A stretch of 35,625 nucleotides of DNA from a virus (taxonomy: Duplodnaviria; Caudoviricetes): positions 1 through 35,625 of IMG/VR virus record IMGVR_UViG_3300035397_000191; one strand, written 5' to 3'. This document shows, piece after piece, positions 18,791 to 25,627 of this stretch. The position numbers and the translations under genes were made by a program. A model generated the notes under the pieces. It searched no databases. It had not been told where the DNA came from and was given only the letters and a program-made list of their open reading frames with translations. Positions within the stretch are counted from its first letter, which is position 1, and every line of letters starts with the position of its first letter.

Positions 18791-18858
18791 ACAATTCCGC
18801 ATAACGTATAGGCTATAGGCGGTATTCCAGCCTATAGGCGTGTGTTATGCGCTTGCCT
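18791..18858. repeat. attC-like site S5
   Basis: ACAATTCCGCATAAC; CTATAGGC/GCCTATAG stem; GTTATGCGCTTGCCT. Confidence 0.88.
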
Positions 18859-18886
18859 TTCTTTCTTAATTCTTAAAATTGTCAAA

Positions 18887-19036
18887 ATGAAAATAATAAC
18901 CAAAATAGAAAAATACAAAAATAGAAAAGTATATTACGCTTTCAACTTAATTGATATATGTTTTATAACCACTTTTCAAGTAACAGCTTTTAATATAACT
19001 ATCTGCAATATATTAATCCAATTTCATCATACTTAA
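18887..19036 (+). CDS. Cassette E ORF1, 49 aa
   Basis: Start MKIITKIEK; paralogous remnant at 21920-22027. Confidence 0.6.
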   Translation: MKIITKIEKYKNRKVYYAFNLIDICFITTFQVTAFNITICNILIQFHHT

Positions 19037-19047
19037 AAACGCTACAA

Positions 19048-19311
19048 ATGAATACAGAAGAAAAAATGTCATTAGAACAAAAACAGGATTTTATTATTGA
19101 AACTCTTTTTGAGTATTTCAAAAACGGAGTTGATATTATGTTTGAAAATCAAGCAAAATTTATGTCAATCGAAAACGATAAACGTCAACGTGAAAATATT
19201 GGACGCAAGTACAGATTCTTTAAACAAAAGTCGATTCTAACAGATTCTGAAAAACAAGAACTTGAATATGTTACTTTTCTTGTCGAAGTAGAAAAGGTTC
19301 TTGTTTTTTAG
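19048..19311 (+). CDS. Cassette E ORF2
   Basis: 87 aa; TAG stop lies in the end arm. Confidence 0.7.
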   Translation: MNTEEKMSLEQKQDFIIETLFEYFKNGVDIMFENQAKFMSIENDKRQRENIGRKYRFFKQKSILTDSEKQELEYVTFLVEVEKVLVF

Positions 19312-19457
19312 GCTTTCCAATAACGGCACATTTGTATGTGAAACAGGCGATTTACGAGAGTTTCGCCTTATAACTATACAAACGTTCGCACGAGTAAATA
19401 TAATTCTAATACGCACTCTACAGCCTGATTTACATACAATGTGTTATGCGCTTGCCT
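19310..19457. repeat. attC-like site S6
   Basis: AGGCTTTCCAATAAC; ACATTTGTATGTGAAACAGGC/GCCTGATTTACATACAATGT stem; GTTATGCGCTTGCCT. Confidence 0.88.
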
Positions 19458-19500
19458 TTCTTTCTTAATTCTTAAAATATTCACTTTAAAAACAAATTAT

Positions 19501-19695
19501 ATGAACTTAACACCAAAACAAAAAGCGAGCGAATTAGTAAAAAAGTACAAATAAATTTCTGGTTTTTTCAGATTTTCGAAGGCGTATGCTTTAATTACAG
19601 TTGATGAAATAATATCTGCATTAGTAGGCTTCAATACTGCTGAAGAATTTGGTAATTATTGGGAAAAGTTAAAAAACGAAATAGAAAAATTATAA
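19501..19695 (+). pseudogene. Cassette F ORF1 with in-frame TAA
   Basis: MNLTPKQKASELVKKYK*ISGFF...ALITVDEII...YWEKLKNEIEKL; TAA at 19552-19554; resembles 22203..22448. Confidence 0.72.
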
Positions 19696-19696
19696 T

Positions 19697-19999
19697 ATGC
19701 AAACATTAGAACAAGCTGCTCAAAAAAGAGCAAATAAATTTTCGGAAATAATTGTCGAAGGTACTGAAATACCATGCTTAATTGAAGATTTAAACTTATG
19801 GTCAAAAGAAGATTTTAAAAAAGGTTTTGAATTTGCAAATAAATGGTATTCTTCAAAACGAAAAAATACTCCAGTGAATAAAAATCTACTTTGTAAAGTT
19901 GAAGATTTCTACATTATTGGATTCTTTGACGGAAATAAATGGTTTAACGTTTCAAGTCGTGAAGTCGAAAACGTTACACACTGGCGTCTGATTTTTTAG
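19697..19999 (+). CDS. Cassette F ORF2, DUF551-like C-terminus
   Basis: MQTLEQAA...FKKGFEFA..W...P...VTHWR pattern. Confidence 0.7.
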   Translation: MQTLEQAAQKRANKFSEIIVEGTEIPCLIEDLNLWSKEDFKKGFEFANKWYSSKRKNTPVNKNLLCKVEDFYIIGFFDGNKWFNVSSREVENVTHWRLIF

Positions 20000-20138
20000 G
20001 CTTGCGCATAACGGTCGCTACTATACTGATTTAGTGGCTTTCACAAATGATGGATAGCGAACAAAACTTATTAATTACACTTCGGTAGCATAACCCCACG
20101 CCAATAAATAGGGATAGTTAGATGTTATGGTTTCGTTA
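19998..20138. repeat. attC-like site S7
   Basis: AGGCTTGCGCATAAC; ACTATACTGATTTAGTGGC/GCCAATAAATAGGGATAGT stem; GTTATGGTTTCGTTA. Confidence 0.85.
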
Positions 20139-20173
20139 TTTTCTTTCTTATTTAACATTTTTATTCTACTTAT

Positions 20174-20563
20174 ATGCAAATCGAAAAAAACGGATTACTA
20201 TTTGAAAAAGAAATTGCAAACTGTGAAAATGCAAATACTTGTAACGGATGCTATTTTCAAGACAATCCACACATTGAAGGCTGTAATCCTAATTTATGCA
20301 GCGATTACGAAGGTTGTGAAATTCAAGAAATGTATATTTTTAAATTCATATCTGGTAAAATCGGATCTTTTGATAATCAAAAAATTGAAAAGGAAATAGA
20401 AATTCAAGAAAACAAAATTACTGAACGAATGATTAAAGGTCGTTCAGTTGGCGGAACTGCTGGAGCTTTAAATCGTGATATTGATAATATGGGCAAAAAG
20501 TTGGATAACCTTAAAAGTCGGTTAAACCTTCAAACTTCGCTTTCTTTTTATCATGAACCATAA
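20174..20563 (+). CDS. Cassette G Cys-rich/coiled-coil protein
   Basis: CNGCYF motif; the stop TAA is the TAAC core. Confidence 0.72.
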   Translation: MQIEKNGLLFEKEIANCENANTCNGCYFQDNPHIEGCNPNLCSDYEGCEIQEMYIFKFISGKIGSFDNQKIEKEIEIQENKITERMIKGRSVGGTAGALNRDIDNMGKKLDNLKSRLNLQTSLSFYHEP

Positions 20564-20643
20564 CGACTTAGGCTATAATTTTCGGCTCTTTGATTTAGGA
20601 GCATTTGAGCCTAAATTATAGGATTGTGTTATTGGCATGCCGT
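20551..20643. repeat. attC-like site S8
   Basis: TCATGAACCATAAC; CTATAATTTTCGGCTC/GAGCCTAAATTATAG stem; GTTATTGGCATGCCGT. Confidence 0.88.
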
Positions 20644-20680
20644 TTCTTTCTTAAATTTTCATCTTAAAAATATAAACAAA

Positions 20681-20959
20681 ATGGAAAAAGTAAAATTTGA
20701 CGAAAAGTATTTAAACATTGATTTAATAAAATCTGATTACGAAAAGTATTGTAGTCAAATTGAAAATGTTAGAACAAACGCAGAATATGATTTGATTAAA
20801 GAAAAAGCAGACGTTTTATATTCTTTAATTTCTGCTTTCCTTTCAAAAACTGATATGGTTAATTTGTATGTTCAATATAAATATGACGTTTCAGTTTTGA
20901 CAGCCGAAATAACTAAACTAAAAAATCAAGTCAAAAAACTAAAAAATAAACATGCATAG
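20681..20959 (+). CDS. Cassette H coiled-coil protein
   Basis: Start MEKVKF. Confidence 0.7.
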   Translation: MEKVKFDEKYLNIDLIKSDYEKYCSQIENVRTNAEYDLIKEKADVLYSLISAFLSKTDMVNLYVQYKYDVSVLTAEITKLKNQVKKLKNKHA

Positions 20960-20967
20960 TTTTTTTT

Positions 20968-21115
20968 ACGGCTGCCCATAACGACCGAAAATATAGGCAA
21001 TAGCTGGATGCGGCGCTGAACACTTAAATACTATACTTTCGGTGGTGCGGGTGCAAATGCTTATAATACAGAAAAGGCAAGCTAATGACTATATTTAAGT
21101 GTTATCGGCTTTTGT
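20968..21115. repeat. attC-like site S9
   Basis: ACGGCTGCCCATAAC; AAATATAGGCAATAGCT/AGCTAATGACTATATTT stem; GTTATCGGCTTTTGT. Confidence 0.88.
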
Positions 21116-21153
21116 TTCTTTCTTTTCGAGTTATAATTTAATAATATAAAAAT

Positions 21154-21816
21154 ATGAATACAATTGAAAATTTAAAAAATTCGTTTGATTTAGAATTTGA
21201 ACGGACAAAACAAGACATGAATGAATTTTCGGGGTGTGCAACCGCAAGTAAATTATTCAAAGAATTATTAGGCGATAAAGTAAAAATACTTGATTCATTC
21301 GGAAGTGGGAAACTAACTGCTACATTCAAAAAAATACAATTAGAAGCAAGCGGAGTACGTGGATATAGACAGATAAGAATTAGTAATGCACCTCAACATA
21401 TTGTAGGCTTTGAATTAAATAGATATTCTAAGTTTGACGAGGTTGTAGTTGGTGATATTTATCTTGACATTGATTTTAAATGTATTGTTTTTAAAAATAT
21501 AGAAGTAAACGCTCCAATGGGTTCAACTCATGCAAAATTTTTTATAAAAGAAATTGGGTTTCCTGACTTATTTTATCAGAAAAAAGAGAAAGTATGGTCA
21601 CAACTTAGAACATCTTTTCATGGAACGTATGAAAGCAATTACATTGATTTAAATGATTGCAATAGATTAAAGATACCAACATATACTGATTTTACTCACA
21701 AACAACAAAGTAGGTCTATTGTTTTGGTTGTCGGAGTTGAGTTTTTTCAAAACGTTGGAGATAAATATTATCTTTTCCAAACAGGTAACGCAGCAAAAGT
21801 TCTGAACGTCTTTTAG
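21154..21816 (+). CDS. Cassette I: conserved Bacteroidota-type hypothetical protein
   Basis: FERTKQDMNEF...RGYR...VGFELN...LVVGVEFFQNVGDKYY resembles, from memory, a bacterial hypothetical family. Confidence 0.7.
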   Translation: MNTIENLKNSFDLEFERTKQDMNEFSGCATASKLFKELLGDKVKILDSFGSGKLTATFKKIQLEASGVRGYRQIRISNAPQHIVGFELNRYSKFDEVVVGDIYLDIDFKCIVFKNIEVNAPMGSTHAKFFIKEIGFPDLFYQKKEKVWSQLRTSFHGTYESNYIDLNDCNRLKIPTYTDFTHKQQSRSIVLVVGVEFFQNVGDKYYLFQTGNAAKVLNVF

Positions 21817-21834
21817 ATCCGAATGGCTTTTTCT

Positions 21835-21869
21835 ACAATTGCCGATAACAATATTATATACGAAGTACA
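21835..21869. repeat. Terminal non-hairpin site T1 (attI-like)
   Basis: Cassette end arm then ATAACAATATTATATACGAAGTACA (21845-21869), identical to 23269-23293. Confidence 0.75.
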
Positions 21870-21881
21870 AATATTTGAACC

Positions 21882-22027
21882 ATGATAATAGATACAGATA
21901 ACTACAATGCTCAAGAACTTTCAATTTAATAGATATATGCTTTATAAATACTTTTCATGTGATAAGTTTAAATATAACTATTTGTAATTTACTAATTAAA
22001 TTTCATTATACTAAAAAACGCTATTAA
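21882..22027 (+). pseudogene. Frameshifted paralog of 18887..19036
   Basis: FNLIDICFINTFHVISLNITICNLLIKFHYT frame has no in-frame start; the ATG at 21882 is in another frame. Confidence 0.6.
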
Positions 22028-22215
22028 TGAATACAGATATATTCACAAAAGTAGGATTTGTAATGGTTTTTCTTTTCGCAGGAATGGGAATAGCAACCTT
22101 TACATTATGGGTCATAAATAAGTTTTTGACTTACTTATTCAAAACTCTCAAACTTTGGAAAATACTAATAGATTTTATTTTCGATTATAAACAATTTAAA
22201 AAATGGAAAAAATGA
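22027..22215 (+). CDS. Small membrane protein (unit J)
   Basis: One hydrophobic helix. Confidence 0.65.
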   Translation: MNTDIFTKVGFVMVFLFAGMGIATFTLWVINKFLTYLFKTLKLWKILIDFIFDYKQFKKWKK

Positions 22216-22448
22216 TACACACATTAGCAATAAAGAGTATTTTTGAAAAAGAAAAGAAAAAGGTAAAAAATAAATATACACACTTTGGGCTAACTCCATT
22301 ACAAAAAACCGATAAATTGATTTTTTTGTTTGGAAAAGAAAAAGCTATAGAATATGTAAATGAAAGAATAAAATGGCATTTTGGTAGTAGTTTAAAGGAT
22401 AGATTAGATTACTGGAAAGAAGTTAAACAAAGAATAGAAAATTTATGA
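22203..22448 (+). CDS. Hypothetical protein (unit J)
   Basis: LTPLQK...YWKEVKQRIENL. Confidence 0.7.
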   Translation: MEKMIHTLAIKSIFEKEKKKVKNKYTHFGLTPLQKTDKLIFLFGKEKAIEYVNERIKWHFGSSLKDRLDYWKEVKQRIENL

Positions 22449-22666
22449 ACGCAACAATCAACGGAACTAATTATCATTCAGATTTGAAGTTCAACCAAGA
22501 AAAGGGAGAAATAACTATTGAAGTTATTCAATGTCGAAAAGTAATTTGTCAAAAAATTACTAAAATGGATTTGTCTTTGTCGCAATTGGAAATAGAATCC
22601 TTCAAACTTTTATATTCTAATCTTGTCGGCACGACTTCTAAACCCGATGAGCTAAGTCTTTTTTAG
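22445..22666 (+). CDS. Hypothetical protein (unit J)
   Basis: ATGA-coupled; TAG lies in the end arm. Confidence 0.65.
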   Translation: MNATINGTNYHSDLKFNQEKGEITIEVIQCRKVICQKITKMDLSLSQLEIESFKLLYSNLVGTTSKPDELSLF

Positions 22667-22736
22667 CCTTGCCCATAACGACGGTGTATGTGCATCCGTA
22701 TTTCGGTGCACATTACACATTGTTATAAGCAGTTTT
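22665..22736. repeat. attC-like site S10
   Basis: AGCCTTGCCCATAAC; GTGTATGTGCATCCG/CGGTGCACATTACAC stem; GTTATAAGCAGTTTT. Confidence 0.88.
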
Positions 22737-22778
22737 TTTTCTTATATTTCTTATTTTCAAACAATTAAATACATAAAA

Positions 22779-23240
22779 ATGAAAACTACAATTTTAGATT
22801 TACAACTTGAAACGATTCGAGAATTTCAAGAAAAATATCCCAAAAGCCATGTAGGTGGAAGTTTTGGCTTATTTCTTTTAGGTTATGATTTGAAACGTGA
22901 TATGTCAGAATCTGATTTAGATTTGATTTGTCCAGCTTTTGAAAAAGAACAGTATTTAATTGATAAAAATGATACGCTTGAAGAAACAAGTGATAGCAAT
23001 GACTTTGATTTTAAATACAGACGTTGGTTCGGGAATATTTATGTAAAACATGATATTTGCATAAATTCAGAGCAAGAATTTCAGATTATAGAGCGCAACG
23101 GTGAAAAATACAACGTTTCTTTATTTGAAAACATTATGAAATTCAAACGTGAATATGCTGATAAAGGTGTTTTTAAACATAAAGCTGATATTGAAGCAAT
23201 AGAAACTGGTGTTAGACCTGTCGAAAATTCGACGATATAG
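22779..23240 (+). CDS. Cassette K: Pol-beta-like nucleotidyltransferase-fold protein
   Basis: HVGGSFGL...SDLDL (GS...DxD), distal HD, KHKADI. Confidence 0.65.
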   Translation: MKTTILDLQLETIREFQEKYPKSHVGGSFGLFLLGYDLKRDMSESDLDLICPAFEKEQYLIDKNDTLEETSDSNDFDFKYRRWFGNIYVKHDICINSEQEFQIIERNGEKYNVSLFENIMKFKREYADKGVFKHKADIEAIETGVRPVENSTI

Positions 23241-23258
23241 ACTTCTATTTTGGTTTTT

Positions 23259-23293
23259 AAAATTGCTTATAACAATATTATATACGAAGTACA
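23259..23293. repeat. Terminal non-hairpin site T2 (attI-like)
   Basis: AAAATTGCTT + ATAACAATATTATATACGAAGTACA; marks the end of the array. Confidence 0.75.
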
Positions 23294-23314
23294 TTAAATT
23301 AAAAGAATTATACC

Positions 23315-23899
23315 CTAATTTTTTTTAATTTCGATAAATTGTAATCCTGTTATTGTAGTATTCGGATTAGCAGCTTTGGCAGTAACATTTGAAACTTTTA
23401 AACCGTACTTAATAAACAAAAAACGCTTGGTATATTCTGTATGTACAACAAGAAATAAACTATCTTTATTTGTCGTGCTACCGACTACATAATTATTCTT
23501 AATACATCCGTTTACTGTTGAATAATTGTCTTTAAAGCTAAAACAAGTATCTTTAGGAGTATATATAAGTTTGCTTTTGTATCTTGTTTCAATAACAGTA
23601 TTTACGATAGTTGTATTTAAAGCGTTTTTAAGCCTTATATTAAGTTGTTTGATAGTTTGTATATCTTCTTGTTTATATGCCTTATATTCGGCATTTGTGT
23701 AAGTAATCGAGCGTATTTTTGCTACTGATTGATTAAGACTATTTCGATACGTTTGTAATTTAGAGTTTAGCACTTCAATATTGCTTGCTTTAAGCTTTAT
23801 TTCTTTAGCTTGTTTTACTGTTTTCGATATTAATACAGAGGTAGTGATTAATGATACCGATAATAATACGATTAGAATTATGTTAAAATAATTTTTCAT
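23315..23899 (-). CDS. Spanin-like lysis accessory protein (putative)
   Basis: N-terminal TM helix, coiled coil, DSL...KRFLFIKYG...NPNT; own promoter element CAAATATA at 23925-23932. Confidence 0.6.
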   Translation of the reverse strand: MKNYFNIILIVLLSVSLITTSVLISKTVKQAKEIKLKASNIEVLNSKLQTYRNSLNQSVAKIRSITYTNAEYKAYKQEDIQTIKQLNIRLKNALNTTIVNTVIETRYKSKLIYTPKDTCFSFKDNYSTVNGCIKNNYVVGSTTNKDSLFLVVHTEYTKRFLFIKYGLKVSNVTAKAANPNTTITGLQFIEIKKN

Positions 23900-24012
23900 G
23901 ATACATATTTTAAAAATTATTTCGCAAATATAAGAAAAATATGTTTTTAAACATAAAAAATAATAGTATTTTGTTTTAAAAAATAGCTTTACTTTGCATA
24001 AAAATTATAACA

Positions 24013-24219
24013 ATGACAATTAAAGACTTAAAAAAACTAATTGAAAATCTTCCTGACGATATAAAAGTAGGAGGTTGTGGGCATTTTGGTGATTTTTTAG
24101 AATGTTACAGTGCTAGTGTACAATCTTTTAGTAAGCTTTCATATATAGATATAGTTACAAATGTAATTAAAGATACAAAAGAAGATACAAAAGAAGATAT
24201 GTTTTGTATTTTGTATTGA
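24013..24219 (+). CDS. Hypothetical protein
   Basis: MTIKDLKKLIENLPDD is a common phage N-terminus. Confidence 0.7.
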   Translation: MTIKDLKKLIENLPDDIKVGGCGHFGDFLECYSASVQSFSKLSYIDIVTNVIKDTKEDTKEDMFCILY

Positions 24220-24267
24220 TATTGAGGATAAAGGAAAATCACCTTATTAAGTTAAAAACTAAAATAT

Positions 24268-24624
24268 ATGCAACAAAAAGGAATTAAAATTCAAGAGTTC
24301 GATAAATTAAGAATTGGTAACTATGTAATATCAGAACTATATCAACAAGATAAGTTATATACTACTGTAGATTCTGATTTTTTAGAAAAAGTCGATTTTG
24401 TTAAATATTACGGTATAGTATTAACAGAGGAGTTAATTCTGAAATTAGGTTTTTCAAAAACAAAAACAAAAAACATATTTTATAAAGATAAATTTGTTAT
24501 ATATATGGCATTAGATGTTTTTTTAGTTTGGTATAATTCTGTATCTTTTCTTGATATTTTTCGTTATGTTCACGAGCTACAAAATATATACTTTTCAAGG
24601 CTTAATGAAGAGTTAATTTTTTAA
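24268..24624 (+). CDS. Hypothetical phage protein (YopX-like)
   Basis: LRIGNYV...IVLTEELILKLGF...YVHELQNIYF. Confidence 0.7.
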   Translation: MQQKGIKIQEFDKLRIGNYVISELYQQDKLYTTVDSDFLEKVDFVKYYGIVLTEELILKLGFSKTKTKNIFYKDKFVIYMALDVFLVWYNSVSFLDIFRYVHELQNIYFSRLNEELIF

Positions 24625-24659
24625 AACTTATAAATAAAAAGATTATATATAAACAAGAT

Positions 24660-25445
24660 ATGAAAATAGGGACTTACAATATCAGAGTTGATATGCCAAT
24701 AGATTGGTTAAGAGGACATGGATGGTGGTTTAATAGACACAGATTAGTTATAAAGAAAATAAAAGATAATGACTTAGATATTATAGCATTACAAGAGGTT
24801 AAGCATTGGTTTCAGTTATTGTCAATAAACTTAGCATTGCATGAATACGATTCTTTTAGTGTTGGTAGAAATTCAGATAATGGATTAATCGGCGAACGTG
24901 TAGGTATTTGGTGGAAAAAAAATAAATATAAATTAATAGTAAAAAATCATTTTTTTATTTCTGAAACACCAGATCAGTCATCAAAAGGGTGGGATGCTAC
25001 TTATAAGAAAGTTTGTGCCGTGGTAATGTTACAAGATATATTAACAGGTGAATATATTCATGTATTTAGCACTCACTTAGATTCTAACGGTAAAGTAGCA
25101 AAAGAAAAAGGTATGAAACTTGTTTTGTCAAAAATGGATAAAATTAATAAAAGACACACTATTTTCATGCTAGGAGACTTAAATATTTCACCTTTTATAC
25201 ATCCTGATTACTTAATATCTCCTTATTACTTAGCACTAGAAAAGTATAATGATTGCTATAAAATAGCAAATACAATTAATCAGATAATGCCAAACACTTA
25301 TAACGGATTCAACTCTAACATAGAGCCAACAGAGCATTACCGTGGCGATATGATATTTACAAACTTAAATTATGTTGAACAATATTCAAATGAATTTGAT
25401 TCGCAAGCATCCGACCATAATTTAATACACATAAAAACGAAATAA
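24660..25445 (+). CDS. Endonuclease/exonuclease/phosphatase (EEP) family protein
   Basis: TYNIR, DIIALQEV, STHLD, GDLN, SDH. Confidence 0.9.
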   Translation: MKIGTYNIRVDMPIDWLRGHGWWFNRHRLVIKKIKDNDLDIIALQEVKHWFQLLSINLALHEYDSFSVGRNSDNGLIGERVGIWWKKNKYKLIVKNHFFISETPDQSSKGWDATYKKVCAVVMLQDILTGEYIHVFSTHLDSNGKVAKEKGMKLVLSKMDKINKRHTIFMLGDLNISPFIHPDYLISPYYLALEKYNDCYKIANTINQIMPNTYNGFNSNIEPTEHYRGDMIFTNLNYVEQYSNEFDSQASDHNLIHIKTK

Positions 25446-25627
25446 TATGACAAAAGAAATAGAACAAAAAGCAAAAGATAAATATCCTTTGTTAGGTACT
25501 GGTGAAAGTATTGCTATGACTGACGAATATAGTGGCAATGAAATTCAAAATATTAAAATAGTAGCCTATATTCAAGGATATGAGGATTGCAAAAAAGAAT
25601 ATAAAAATAATGTTAAATAATTAAAAA

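Larger units (their letters stand above)
16894..23293 (+). mobile_element. Integron-like gene cassette array without visible integrase
   Basis: 10 TAAC...GTTA junctions plus 2 terminal sites separate 11 small co-oriented gene units. Confidence 0.82.

Noticed and set aside
15768-19554. Stop-codon reassignment (TAG read-through)
   Set aside because: Long core genes are intact in code 11, TAG ends several genes at cassette boundaries, and one interruption is TAA
17319-20680. Long ORF-track starts at 17319, 17789, 18186, 18842, 20127 and 20624
   Set aside because: They begin inside the attC-like sites; downstream ATGs with A-rich context are the likelier starts, and 20127..20399 is a shadow frame
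21857-21866. TATACGAAGT matches 10 nt of a loxP arm
   Set aside because: There is no inverted second arm with 8-bp spacer and no Cre-like gene; treated as coincidence or generic tyrosine-recombinase-site similarity
16894-23293. CRISPR array or simple terminators as explanation of the repeats
   Set aside because: The intervening segments are whole genes of 0.3-0.8 kb and the repeats are not sequence-identical. T runs precede rather than directly follow the hairpins. Terminators would not explain cassette-specific end complementarity.
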